Of a DNA stretch of 51,367 bases, positions 34,830-47,748 are shown piece after piece. Source of the stretch: Octopus sinensis (Eukaryota); NCBI RefSeq assembly GCF_006345805.1, contig NW_021834014.1, positions 1 to 51,367 of the forward strand, written 5' to 3'. Made by a program: the position numbers and the translations under genes. Numbering within the stretch: position 1 is the first letter of the stretch; the number at the start of each line of letters is the position of its first letter. The notes under the pieces were generated by a model, which was not told the origin of the DNA, searched no databases, and saw nothing but the letters and a program-made list of their open reading frames with translations.

Positions 34830-37800
34830 GTTTGCTTATGAATTCTGCCAAATGCGAGTTTTCTTTTCAGCTTCATGAAGCTACTGTCACCTGTCCCAGG
34901 GTCTCTAGGGCCCATACCTCCTACACCCTCAGGGTTGGCACTCTCAACATCTACACACTGAAAGGTTGGTCTGGTAAGATTGTTGAAATGCTTAAACAGA
35001 GATGTGTTGATATGTGCTGCATCCAAGAAGTAAGGTGGAGAGGAGGTTCTGCTAGGTTCCTCACAGGCAAAGAACACAGGAACAAGATTTTCTGGGCAGG
35101 GAACACTTACGGGGTTGGGGGTGTGGGTATACTTTTTGCGGAGAAATGGGTAGATAAAGCAACTGAGATAGTCAGAGTATGCGACAGAATACTTAAGATA
35201 AGATTAGTGTTCCATTATGGGTTAGCAACCATTATCTCAGCCTATGCCCCTCAGGCAGGGCTACCCGATGGACAGAAAGGCCGATTCTATGACACCCTCT
35301 TGCAAACTACTGCGTTGACGAATGACAGGAACCTTCCTTTTGTGGGTGGCGACTTCAATGGACATGTTGGACAATATGTCAGGGGCTTCCATGGCATACA
35401 TGGAGGTTACGGTTTTGGCACTGGCAATGAGGAGGGAACCAGGCTGCTGGAGTTCTGCGACACAAATGATCTTATGGTTTGCAATACTAACTTTAGAAAA
35501 CCTGCCAGCCACCTAGTCACCTACCGCGCTGGCAGACACACTAGTCAGATCGACTACATCCTCACCAGAAAAAAGGAAAGATGGCTGCTTATAAATGCCA
35601 AAACCTTCCCAGGCGAAGAATGTACCGCACAGCATAGACTAATAGTTAGTGACTTCAGGATCAGGGCTAAATGGATGCCCAGAAGACGACCAGCAAAGAG
35701 AAGAAGGGTCTGGAGACTTAAAGATCCTGCAAATGGACAGAGATTTAGAGACATATTACTTGAAGCCTTTAATGAAATAGAAGAGGTATAGCTTCACATG
35801 GTATAGAAGACAACTGGAGGTTCCTACAGGACAACCTGCTAAGGGTCACCGACCAGATCTGTGGATGGTGCAAAGTCCCCTCCCGACCCAAAATAACGTC
35901 GTGGTGAAACGATGTTGTTGACAGGGCTATTAGAGAAAAGAGATAGGCTTGGAAGGACTGGAAGAACGGTGGTAGAAGGGAAGTGTATCAGACTGCCAGG
36001 AGGGAAGCTAGGAGGCAGGTTTATTTAGCCAGAGGGGAAGCAGATAAGAAAAAATTTGCCAATGTTCTGCGCCGTGAGGACCAAATCTTTAGGTATTTCA
36101 TGTTGTAAGACAGTGTGTGAGAGAGAATCGTGATGTGGTAAGAGAGAAATGTGTTTGCATGGATGATGGTTCATTTGTGCTGAATGAGGATGCAAAGAGA
36201 GAGGTTTGGAGACACCATTATGAAATGTTGCTGAATAAGGAAAATGAATGGGATAAAAAGAGTCTGCCGAATATCGACCCAACAGAGGGACCAGTTCCTT
36301 AGTAGTTAAGGCAATTAGAATCATGAAGACAGGGAAAGCCCCAGGCCCATCAGGAATTACTGCAGAGATGCTTAAAATATCTGGCAGTGTCGGCTATAGC
36401 CTAGTCACCCATATAGTTAACCAGGTGATACACGAAGGAGTCAGACCCAATGACTGGTGTAGCAGCATACTAGTCAACTGCTACAAACGTAAAGGTGACG
36501 CTTTAGATACAAATAATTACAGAGGTATCAAGCTGTTGGATCAGGTAATGAAGGTTATGGAGAGGGTCATAGCCCAACTGATTAGGAAGAGAGTCAGCTT
36601 GGATGAGATGCAGTTTGGTTTCATGCCAGAGAAAAGCACCACTGATGCCATATTTCTGGTGAGACAGCTGCAGGAGAAATACCTAGCCAAAGATAAACCT
36701 CTGTACCTGGCTTTCGTTGACATGGAGAAAGCCTTTGACAGGGTCCCCTGATCCCTTGTCTGGTGGTCAATGAGGAAACTAGGGATAGATGAATGGTTAG
36801 TGAGAGCTGTGCAAGCCATGTACATGGATGCTGTAAGGTGAGGGTTGGCAATTCAGGGTAGCCATAGGGGTCCATCAGTGAGAGCTGCGCGAGCCATGTA
36901 CAGGGACGCGGTTAGTAAGGTGAGGATTGGCATTGAGTACAGTGAAGAATTCCGAGTAGAGGTAGGAGTCCACCAAGGTTCAATCCTCAGCCGCCTCCTA
37001 TTTATCATAGTCCTCCAGGCAATAAAGGAAGAATTCAAGACAGGATGCACCTGGGAGCTCCTATATGCTGATGACCTTGCTCTAATTGCTGAGTCACTAT
37101 CAGAACTAGAGGCAAAGTTTCAAGTGTGGAGACAAGGATTAGGTGGATGGCCCTGTTCAATCTGTAGTAGAGGCATAGGTAGAAACTCTATAAGATGTAC
37201 CTAGTGTAAGCTATGGACACATAAGAGGTGCAGTAATATCAAAGGAAGGCTAACTGGGAAGAAAGTTTTTGTATGTGACAGATGCTCAGGAGCAATAAAC
37301 ACTGAAAATGTGCAGAAACCGACTTCCGCCACATTCCAGGGAGGAAAACTAGAAATAGTTGATAGCTTCTGTTACCTAGGGGACCAAGTCAGTAGCGGAA
37401 GTGGATGTGCTGAAAGTGTAGCTCCTAGAATAAGAATAGCTTGGGCAAAGTTCAGAGAGCTCCTACCTCGGCTGGTGACAAAGGACCTCTCGCTCAGAGT
37501 AAAAGGTAGACTGTATGACGCATGTGTACGAACAGCCATGCTACATGGCAGTGAAACATGGGCTGTGACTACTGAGGATATGCGTAAGCTCGCAAGGAAT
37601 GAAGCCAGTATGATCCGATGGATGCGTAATGTCAGTGTTCATACTCGACAGAGTGCAAGTACCTTGAGAGAAAAGTTGGACCTAAGAAGTATTAGATGTG
37701 GTGTGGAAGAGAGACGACTGTGCTGGTATGGTCATGTGGCGAGAATGGATGAGGACAGCTGTGTGAAAAAGAGCCACATCCTAGCGGTTGAGGGAACCTG

Positions 37801-38635
37801 TAGAAGAGGTATACCCATGAAGACCTGGGATGAAGTGGTGAAGCATGACCTTCGAACTTTAGGCCTCACCAAGGAAATGACTAGTGACCGAGACCTTTGG
37901 AAATATGCTGTGCGTGAGAAGACCCGGCAAGCCAAATGAAACCATAATCTCATGGCCTATGCCAGGGGTGTAACCAGCCCACTTGTACGTAACCTTTTCC
38001 TTCTTTGGTCACTAAAACTCTGCTTGCGAAGACCTGTTGAAGCAAGTGAAATCAAATCAATCAAAAGCAAAATCAAAATCAAGTTCGATGACTGGCGTCT
38101 GTGCTGGCAGGGTGCAAAGAGCACCATACGAGTGTGATCGTTGACAGAACAGCTAACCGGCTTCCGTGCCAGTGGCACTTAAAGGGCACCATTCGAGCGT
38201 GATCGTTACCAGTGTCACCTTACTGACACTTGTGCCCGTGCTTGTAGGGTGCAAAGAGCACCATCTGAGCGTGATCGTTGCCAGAGTAGCTAACTGGCTT
38301 CCATGCCAGTGGCACGTAAAAGGGCACCATTCGAGCGTAATCATTACCAAAGTCGTCTTACTGGCAACTGTGCTGGTGGCATGTGTAAAAGGATTTGATT
38401 GAGGTTGTTGCCAGTACCACCTGACTGGCCCTTGTGCCGGTGGCACATAAAAATCACCCACTACACTCTTAGAGTGGTTGGCGTTAGGAAGGGCATCCAG
38501 CTGTAGAAACTCTGCCAAATCAAGATTGGAGCCTGGTGCAACCATCCGGTTCACCAGCCCTCAGTCAAAATCATACAACCCATGCTAGCATGGAAAGCGG
38601 ACATTAAACGATGATGATAATGATGATGATGATGA
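34830..38635 (+). mobile_element. Near-full-length RTE LINE (APE, RT, 3' UTR, tail); inactivated by stops and indels; 5' boundary uncertain
   Basis: LRVGTLN..DMCCIQEVRW..SAYAPQ..GGDFNGHVG..SQIDYIL; complete RT motifs; (GAT)n tail at about 38608-38635. Confidence 0.96.
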
Positions 38636-40648
38636 ATGTAGAGGACAACTGGAAGTTTCCATGGGACAATCTACTGAGGGCAACAGACTAAACCTGTGGT
38701 TGGGTCAGAGCCTCTGCCAGACCAAGGGTGACATTGTGGTGGAACAGTGACATTGACAGGGCCATGAAAGATAAGAAACAAGTCTGGGAAGAATGGAAAG
38801 GAAGAGGTAGTAAAGAATCATATCACAAAGTTAAAAGGGAGGGTGGACACCAGGATTATCAAGCTAGGCCACAAGCAAAAGAGAGATTTGCCAATGTCCT
38901 ACATTGTGAAGATCAGAGACTTGAGGTGTTCCTGATTGTGAGACAGTGTGTCAGAGAGAATCAAGATATTGTAGGAGAGAAGTGTGTACAATAGTTGATA
39001 TGCTTGCACTTAGTGATGCGGACAAGAAAGAGGTATGGAAAAGTTACTCTGTAAGGCTATTGAATATGGAGAATGAATGGAATAAAGGAGTCTCCCTCAT
39101 GTGAACCTAACAGAGGGACCAGTTATCCTGGTGAACAGCAGGGTAAGCCCCTGATCCATCTGGAATCACAGCGCAGATACTTGAAATATCTGGTAAGGTA
39201 GGATACAGGCTAGTCACCCACAAGTTATTCAGGAAGGTTTAACACCAGGTGAGTGGTGTTAGTTGCTACACAACTCACCGGAAGATGCCTTAAGTAGAAG
39301 CAATTATAGAGGCATCAAGCTCCTGGACCTGCTGATGAAAATTACAGACTTATAGCCCAATTAATTAGGGGTAGAGCTAGGCTAGATGAAATACAGCTTG
39401 ACTTTGTCATAGGGAGAAGCACTACTAATGCTATTAGGCAGGTAACTGCAAAAGAAGTACTTAGCTAAGAATAAACCATTACACCTGGCATTCATTGATT
39501 TAGAGAAAGTCTTCAATAGAGTACCCAGTTGTGTGATATGGTGGGCTCCGGGGAGGCTAGAGGTAGCGACATGTGAAAGCTGTGCAGGCCATGTATGGAG
39601 CAAAGAATTTGGTGTGCAGGTAGGCATTCATCAAAGAATTCAAGACAGGCAGCCCCTGGGAACTACTATATGCTGATGATCATAGCAGATTATATAGAGA
39701 TAGAAAAGAAATTCCAAGTGTGGAAGAAAAAACTAAAATCTAAAAAACTGAGGTCTTTGTAAGCAAGAAAACAGACAAGACCCTACCTGTTTGATTTGTA
39801 GGAAAGGTGTTGGCAAGAATTTCATATGGTGTACCTAGTATAAGCCACAGACATACAAGAAGTGCAGTGGAATAATATGAAGGTTATCAGAGAAAGTAGT
39901 GTTTGTGTAAGATGCAGAGGAGCCCATTAAAACTAGATACTAGGCAAATCGATTTTCTCAAATGTCCTGGAAGCTCATCAGAGGCAGTGAATAATTTCTG
40001 CTACCTAAGGGAACAAATTAGTAGTAGTGACACATGTATACGAACAGTAATTCTACATGGTGTTGAGACATGGGCATTGAATGCAGAAGACAAGTGAAGG
40101 CTAGAGAGGAATGAGGTTGGTATGCGCCACTGGATATGTAATGTAAGTGTACAGGTTTGACAGAGTGCTGGTGTATTGAAAGAGAAAACTGTGCTGGTAT
40201 GGTCATGTGATGCAGATGGATGCCGACAGTTCCATAAAGAAGTGCCAATCTCTCAAAGTGGAAGGAACATGTCGAAGAGGGAAACCCAGGAAGACATGGT
40301 ACGAAGACCTGAAGGACGACCTCAGGATGCTGAACCTTTCAACAAAGGGCCATGATACCTGGTGCCTTGCTGCACTCAAGAAATGTTAAGATGACCACTC
40401 CCCCTGGTGAAGGGGATTGACCTGCAAGAGTCCTGTACCAGTGTCACATAAAAGCGCTCGTGCAGTGCCATGTTAAAACCATCTGGCTTACATTGTAAAG
40501 TGGTTGGCATTAGGAAGGGCATCCAGCTGTAGAAACCAATCTAAATCAGACTTGAACCTAGTGAAGATCGCCACCTTGCCAACTCTGGTCAAACTGTCCA
40601 ACCCATGCCAGCATGGAAGACAGACATTAAAGGATGATGATGATGATA
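38636..40648 (+). mobile_element. Older degenerate RTE LINE
   Basis: TLWWNSDIDRAM..EDQRLEVF, ctatatgctgatga, WYGHV, GKPRKTW, shared tail. Confidence 0.85.
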
Positions 40649-40874
40649 CACACACACACACATAAAATCATCATTGTTCAATGTTCATGTTCCATACTGG
40701 TATGTGTTGGACAGTTTGACAAGATCTGGTGGGTGCAAAGATTGCTTTGTGCTTCTCTGTTTGCTTGATATGGTTTTGAAAGAAGAAACAGTCCCACAAG
40801 GTCTGTTATTTGGACTGAATCTGAAGAGCCCATTGTTATATCAAAAAGGTAAGAGTTAGTATTTCAGGTCCAAT

Positions 40875-41290
40875 TTTTATCATTATAGTTTATAAGGTTT
40901 TTTCTAGCAGCAAGGATTATATCTATATGAGATGCAGAAATGGTTGTATAGTTTTGAACAAATGATAATGCTTCACTCAGTAAATTTGGTGTTATTGAAG
41001 CGTAATAATCAAGATATCAATTTGAATGAAATTAATGTGATGTTTGTCCTTGAGGGAATGAAACCATGTAATTACATCACTGGCAGAGTTCCAAAGGGGG
41101 AGCTCTACATTTTCTTTAATTCGGGGTAATGCTCTATCTAAAATTGTTTTACTAATCTTGCCCAAGTCTGATTTTGTAGGACATATTAACTGAATGGATG
41201 GTTTACTTTGAAAGTTAGGTTTATGGTCCTTCATTGTAAAATGTGGTGTTTTCAGAGCATATGGTTCAGTTCTATTGAGCAAGTCCAAAT
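40875..41290 (-). mobile_element. Penelope-like reverse transcriptase fragment (inverted relative to the adjacent endonuclease)
   Basis: MKDHKPNF..LICPTKSDLGKISKTILD..WNSASDVITWF..FIQID, then frameshifted YYASITPNLL..ALSFV..IILAARKTL. Confidence 0.85.
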
Positions 41291-41309
41291 CCTAACCCTA
41301 AACCTAATT

Positions 41310-42240
41310 TCATATAGTTTATATAGGAAGTACTATAGACTTTAAATGTCACTATAGGGCCCACTTGAATTCTTTTGCCAATGTAAAATATAAATTTTCT
41401 ACAATGCTAGCTATGTATATACAAGAAGTTAAACCAAAAAATATGCAATACTCATTGTTTTGATCTGTAATAGCAGAAGTTCCTCCCTCCCACATACAAT
41501 ATAATTGTATATGTATGTAAATTGTATAATAGTCCACAAATATTCTTCGTTGATATGACCCTAGATCATTAAATAAGTTCTTGAATGTTCAACATTTAAA
41601 TATTTTGATAAACCTCAATAGATTAACCATTAAAGTTTTAATTATCTATATTTCACTTAATCTCTATACTCCTGCCATACTGTGACTTCATCTTGATCAA
41701 TTATTACCTGCTTAACATTTAAAACATTTTCTAAATTGTATTTCCTATAATTACTGCTATAACATTTCCTCTTCCAGTTAATAAGTGCATCTCCCTATAT
41801 AAGTAAATCTCATCTACCAATTACAACATTGTACAAAATGAGAATCCTGAATAATATGCTCTCTCTGATGAAGGAGGCAGTATCCAATTTTTAGAGTGGA
41901 AATACCCTTAAAATCTATGAATTACTGTGCCCCTGAAATGGCCGTAAGAGGACTACCACCAACAGTTTATTTAAACAGAATTATCTATTTTCTTGGATTA
42001 CTCACATATATTTTCTGAAACATCTAATCTCAACACTGTGATTTTTCTTTATTCGCTCTTTTCCTAAGACTTTATTTTATTCACCTTCTCGTAAGGGCAT
42101 ATTTATTTCTAAATATTTTTTATGACACTGTTCTACAGTGCCTTTTGATACGATTGTGATTCTAAATGTCTCTATATATATCTTTATACAGCTATAATTT
42201 TATACATCTACACTTTTATAAATTTATCTCATTCTATTTA
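41310..42240 (+). mobile_element. Penelope-like GIY-YIG endonuclease C-terminal part, 3' UTR and pseudo-LTR
   Basis: VYIGSTIDFKCHYRAHLNSF..STMLAMYIQEVK..YSLF*SVI..LNK; hammerhead at 41861-41950. Confidence 0.75.
41861..41950 (+). ncRNA. Type I hammerhead motif with a long stem II loop
   Basis: CUCU-CUGAUGA-AGGAGGCAGUA..(41 nt)..UACUGUGCCCCU-GAAA-UGGCCG-UA-AGAG; C15.2 has decayed to U. Confidence 0.7.
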
Positions 42241-42269
42241 TATATGTATATTAAATTTTTATATAGTTG

Positions 42270-42652
42270 TGTTCTTTTATTCTTTTGTTTCTGTCATTTG
42301 ACTGTGGCCATGCTGGAGCACCGCCTTTAGTCAAACAAATTAACCCAAGGACTTATTCTTTTGTAAGCCCAGTACTTAATCTTTCGTTCTTTCGTTGAAC
42401 TGCTAAGTTACGGGGATGTAAACACACCAACATTGGTTGTCAAGAGATGGTCGGGGGTAAAAACGCAGACACACAAACATATATACATATGACAGGCTTC
42501 TTTCAGTTTCCGTCTACCAAACACACTCACAAGGCTTTGGTCAGCCCAAAGCTATAGTGAAAGACACTTGCCCAAGGTGCCATGCAGCGGGACTGAACCC
42601 CAAACCATGAGGTTGGTAAGCAAGCTACTTACCACATAGCCACTCCTCTGCC
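42270..42652 (-). mobile_element. Full-length tRNA-derived SINE
   Basis: Minus strand: ggagtggctatgtggtaag (A box), ggggttcagtccc (B box), ggcaccttgggcaagtgtc, body, 3' ccagcatggccacagtcaaatgac. Confidence 0.9.
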
Positions 42653-42914
42653 TACACAACCACATCTATACCTCACAGCTATTTCTGCATAGATTTTTGA
42701 TATGCTTTAATAATTTAATGACTGATACATTTGTATATTTAAAAACTGATATACATCGATCCACCGCACAATATATGTTTATATAAATTGTTGAACCTAT
42801 TTCAACTCTCCTTAATATTTCTTTATATCTTGCGTCTTGGGATTTTATCTGAACACTTCAAACTTCTGCCTATACAATACACAAAGAAATTTTACTATAT
42901 ATATATATATATAT

Positions 42915-43075
42915 ACGACAGGCTTCTTTTAGTTTCCATCTACCAAATCTACTCACAAGGCTTTGGTCAGCCCAAGGCTTTAGTAGAAGACACTTGCCCA
43001 AGGTGCCATGCAATGGAACTGAACCCAGAACCATGTGGTTGGGAAGCAAACTTCTTATCACACAGCCACACCTGA
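42915..43075 (-). mobile_element. SINE 5' half
   Basis: Same head and body as 42270-42652. Confidence 0.85.
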
Positions 43076-43514
43076 CCTCTTGATAAATTGAAATAATCTT
43101 CACTTCAAGAAAAGTAAATAAATGGCTGGTGGCAATTATGACACACTAAATGGGAAGGGAAGATCATCCCCAGAATCAAGAATTCCTGAGAATTGGAAAC
43201 AAAAGAACAGCTACATATTATTTTTAGTACTATCTTTGCAGTGTGTGTGTGTGAGTAGTCATTAGTGGATCAGGAGATAAGGGCTGATCCATGGCATACC
43301 AAGATTGTTGAAATCACTGACTTTTGTGTGTGTTAGTGTGTGGATATATTCCTAAATATGTATTAGCTGGGAAGAACAATAAAACAGGATAGTCAAGGCC
43401 AGAATATCCCTGATCACATGTATGCTCTGAGACAAAACAATAGCAAGAAGCTGATGATTAAACCCTCTGTGATTGTTTACTCCACTAGAAATGGCAGATA
43501 AATTTTCACCTTAT

Positions 43515-43820
43515 CAGACTAGCACCAACTGGCACTCCTTCGGTTATAATGACAAGGGTTCCAGTTGATCCAATTGACAGAACAGCCTGCTTGTGATATT
43601 AACGTGCATGTGGTTGAGCACTCCACAGATACATGTAACCTTAATGTAGTTCTCGGGGGAGATTCAGCGTGACACAGAGTGTGACAGGGCTGGCCTTTTG
43701 AAATACAAGTACAACTCATTTCCGCGAGCTGAGTAGAGTGGAGTAACGTGAAGTAAAGCTCAAGGACAAAATGCATCGTTAGGAATTGAACTTATGATTG
43801 TGAGCTGAATACCCTAACCA
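43515..43820 (-). mobile_element. Full-length tRNA-derived SINE, second family
   Basis: Minus-strand head gaaggcacatggtttagtggt...aagttcaattcc; homologous to 20396-21730. Confidence 0.85.
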
Positions 43821-44065
43821 CTAAACCATGTGCCTTCACCGTATCACACACTAATCTCCTAAAAAGAGAAGGATGCACTGGATTATGTATGGTCCTTGAT
43901 ATACAAAATAACAGGGTGGTCATAGGTGGAAAGCCTTTCAGTCGAGAGCTGCTTAATCAATGATAGACCTGGGGTTAAACAACAACTGCAATAACAACAG
44001 AAACAAAAAATACAACAAAAAAGGATGCAAAAGAAACTAAAGATGGTTGTAATCTGATGAGTTAC

Positions 44066-44252
44066 CTTGCTGCTACATTTTCATCATCAATAACAACGGG
44101 AGCAACCTTCCAGGGGCAGTTGTAGCGCATTCCTGGCAGGCGGTTGAAGTCAAACTGGCAGCAGATCTTGGGATCAGGCCCACAGCTGTGGGGGATGTCA
44201 TAGGAGTAGAATGGCATCATGTGACAGAAGATGTCTGTACGACCAGAATCAT
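44066..44252 (-). CDS. MAN2A1: Golgi alpha-mannosidase II (GH38) exon, first in window, 187 bp
   Basis: Translates (D)[61 protein letters not shown](R); typical MAN2A motif [27 protein letters not shown]; tttcag acceptor, gtaac donor; ends phase 2. Too short to appear in the ORF track. Symbol is for the family (MAN2A1/MAN2A2 orthologue). Confidence 0.97.
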
Positions 44253-44859
44253 CTGAAATAACAACAGCAAAAACATCCTGATCATGAGTGACTTTAAATG
44301 AGTGACTTTAAATGAGACAGCCTGAGCCAATGAGTTATTTTCTATGTAATTTCAGGACCAAATAGAAGGTAACAATTGCATCATGCCTCACAGAAAATCA
44401 CACCCCACAGATAGATTACTACTTTACCAACTCCACACAATCTTACTTCAGAAAAAGTTCAAATGAAAAAATTTTGATTGAGGAGTGAATCAGAGAGGAA
44501 TCTGAACTTGTTTAACAAGACATTTGGGCAGAGTTTTAGATCAAGACGTCCATGTAAGTTAGATTTTCTCCATTTTGATGAGGATTTTTCCAACTTTTTT
44601 TCCACCTCTGGCCTTCAAAATGATGGTGGGCATCTTTTTGTGGGAAAAATTTTTGGAAAATTTATGATTTTTTTCATCTCACCCCCACCCTACTTCAGAC
44701 CAATATTAACCAAATATTTTGCACAATGCACTTAAAAACCATGGGAGAAGCCATTTTGGTACAAAAAAAAAGGAATGTATTTTCAGGTGAAAAGATGTGT
44801 GATTTAAGAGAGATTTGACTGATATTTCTAGTACATCCCACAATCACCTTTCTAGTTTC

Positions 44860-45078
44860 TTATTTCTTTATTGCCCACATGGGGCTAAACATAGAGGAGA
44901 CAAACAAGGACAAAGGGATTAAGTTGATTACATCGACCCCAGTTCATAACTGGTACTTAATTTATCGACCCCGAAAGGATGAAAGGCAAAGTCGACCTCG
45001 GCGGAATTTGAACTCAGAACGTAAAGACACACGAAATACAGCTAAGTATTTCGCCCAGTGTGCTAATCTTTCAGCCAG
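44860..45078 (-). mobile_element. tRNA-derived CORE-type SINE
   Basis: Minus strand: ggtggcgagctgg (A box), gagttcaaattcc (B box), gtcgactttgcctttcatcctttcggggtcgataaattaagtacc (CORE-like). Confidence 0.8.
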
Positions 45079-45218
45079 CTCGCCACCTTCGACTTTCTTT
45101 CTAGCTCACCTTTCTAGTTTCTTTGTTACTCTCATAAGTATTGATGTTTTTCAATATTTCTCTCCCAATAAACATATATATGTTATGGCGAAAGTGTAGA
45201 TAATTTCTGACCTCCCCT

Positions 45219-45249
<31 letters not shown>

Positions 45250-45251
<2 letters not shown>

Positions 45252-45489
45252 TGGTAAAACGGTAAGATAACAAAAGAAAGAAAGAGACCTCAATATTATG
45301 TAAATAGAGGAAATTTATCTATACAATAATATGTTACATTACTCGATAGTCAAGATAAAACTCTGAGTTTCGGATGCCGAAGTGGGAATCCACGACATCT
45401 CTTCGGTTATCTGACTAGTTTTCAAATAGCCAGATAACCGAAGAGATGTCGTGGATTCCCACTTCGGCATCTGAAACTCAGAGTTTTAT
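45250..45489 (-). mobile_element. PLE-type pseudo-LTR with 135-bp fold-back (45355-45489) and variant hammerhead at 45353-45412 (-)
   Basis: Same family as 8873-9150; (TA)n flanks. Confidence 0.8.
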
Positions 45490-45509
45490 ATATATATATA
45501 TAAAAATGA

Positions 45510-45935
45510 AAATCGATGACTGGAATCCATGCTAGTGGAGCGCTAAGAGTACCATCCGAGAGTGATCGTTGCCAGAGCAACAAACTGGCTTCCATGCCGG
45601 TGGTGCGTAAAAAGCACCATTTGAGTGTGATCGCTGCCTCCGTTGCCTTACTGGCACCTGTGCTGGTGGCACGTGAAAAAACATTGTTGCCAGTGCATAA
45701 AAAGCACCATTTGAGCCTGACCGTTGCCAGTACCGCCTGACTGGCCCTCATGCCAGTGGCACATAAAAGCACCCACTACACTCTTGGAGTGGTTGGCGTT
45801 AGGAAGGGCATCCAGCTGTAGAAACTCTGGCAGACCAGATTGGAGCTTGGTGCAGCCATCTGGTTCACTAGACCTCAATCAAATCATCCAACCCATGCTA
45901 GCATGGAAAGCAGATGTTAAACGATGATGATGATG

Positions 45936-45938
<3 letters not shown>
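45510..45938 (+). mobile_element. 5'-truncated RTE (3' UTR tandem repeats and tail)
   Basis: About 60-bp UTR repeats (gcaccatttgagtgtgatcg...) and (GAT)n tail. Confidence 0.9.
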
Positions 45939-45973
<35 letters not shown>

Positions 45974-45990
45974 TTATATATACATACATA

Positions 45991-47747
45991 CATCATCATC
46001 ATCATCGTTTCATGTCCGTTTTCCATGCTAGCATGGGTTGGACGGTTCGACCGGGGTCTGGGAAGTCAGGAGGCTGCACCAGGCTCGTCTGATCTGGCAG
46101 TATTTCTACAGCTGGATGCCTTTCCTAACGCCAACCACTCCGTGAGTGTAGTGGGTGCTTCTTACGTGCCACCGGCTCAGGTATTACAACCACAATTTCC
46201 ATTTGATTTTTACTTTTTTTTTATGTTCATGTACTTGACTCAATAAGTCTCCTCAAGCAGAGTAGGTCGCCCTATGATCCAAGTTAAGCACAGCTGGCTG
46301 TCCTACGATCCAAGGCACTTTGGATGGGCTGGTGCAGGAAACAGCCATGAACTCACGTTATTTGTCGGGTCTTTGCAGTCACAGCATATCTCCAGAGGTC
46401 TCGGTCTTTTGTCATTGCCTCTGTGAGGCCCAACGTTTGAAGGTCATGCTTGACCACCTCATCCCATGTCTTTCTGGGTCTACCTCTACCCCAGATTCCT
46501 TCAACTGTTTGGGAGTGGCACTTCTTCACACATCTCTCCTCAACCATCCATAGTACATGACCATACCAGCACAAAAACATCTCTCTTGCACACCACATCT
46601 GATGCTTTTTATGTCCATCATTTCTCTAAGGGTGCTTACACTCTATTGTGTGTGCACACTGATATTATGCATCCAGCAGATCATGCTAGCTTCATTTCTT
46701 TCAAGCCTACACATGTCCTCCGCAGTCACAGCCCATGTTTCACTGCTTGAAGCTTGGCAGTACACACACATGCGTTGTACAATCTACCTTTCACTCTGAG
46801 CGAGAGACCCTTTGCCACCAGTAGGGGTAGGAGCTTTCTAAACTTTGCCCAGGCTATTCTTATTCTAGTGGTAACACTCTCTGAGCATCCACCCCCACTA
46901 CTAACTTGATCACTCAGGTAGTGAAAACTATCAACTACTAGTTTCTTCCCCAGGAGTGTAATGGAATCTGTTTTCTGAGAAGCAATGGTGTCTGTTGCAC
47001 CTGTACATCTGCCGCACATGAAAGCTATCTTCTCGGTTAATTTTCGTTTGATGGTGCTGCACCTCTTATGTGTCCATAACTTACACTGGGTACATCTTAT
47101 GGAGTTTCTACCTACACCTTTTCTACAAATTGAGCAGGGCCACCTGCCCGAAAGGGTGTGTGGTGTGTTTGCCTTTCTAGTTACTAGAACTTTGGTCTTT
47201 GCTACATTGACTCTAAGGCCATTTGATTCTAAATCTAGCTTTCACATCTGAAAATTCTTTTCTAGTTCCGGTTGTGATTCTGCTATGAGAGCCAAGTCAT
47301 CAGCATAGAGGAGCTCCCAGGGACAACCCGTTTTGAATTCCTCTGTTATTGCCTGGAGGACTATGATGAATAAAAGGGGACTGAGGGCTGAACCTTGGTG
47401 GATCCCTACTTCTACCTGGAATTATTCACTATACTTATTGCCAATCCTAAACTCGCTGACGGCCTCTCTGTATAGGGCTTTTACAGCCCTTATTAACCAT
47501 TCATCAATCTCCAGTTTCCACATCGCCCACCAGATAAGGGATCGGGAGACCCTGTCAAAGGCTTTCTCCAAGTCCACAAAAGCTATGTAGAGGAGTTTAT
47601 CTTTAGCTAGGTATTTCTCCTGCAGTTGTCGAACCATGAATATGGTATCAGTGATGCTTCTACCTGGCACAAAACCGAACGCATCTCATCTAAGCAGACT
47701 CTCTCCCTAATGAGATTGGCTATGACCCTCTCTGGGTCCTTCATGCC
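45991..47747 (-). mobile_element. RTE LINE 3' part (RT to tail)
   Basis: AFVDLEKAFDRV, WYGHV, GRGRPRKTWDEVVKHDL; (CAT)n at 45991. Confidence 0.93.
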
Positions 47748-47748
47748 T

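Noticed and set aside
34480-34830. HDV-like ribozyme expected at the RTE 5' end
   Set aside because: Could not build the nested double pseudoknot by eye; needs a descriptor search
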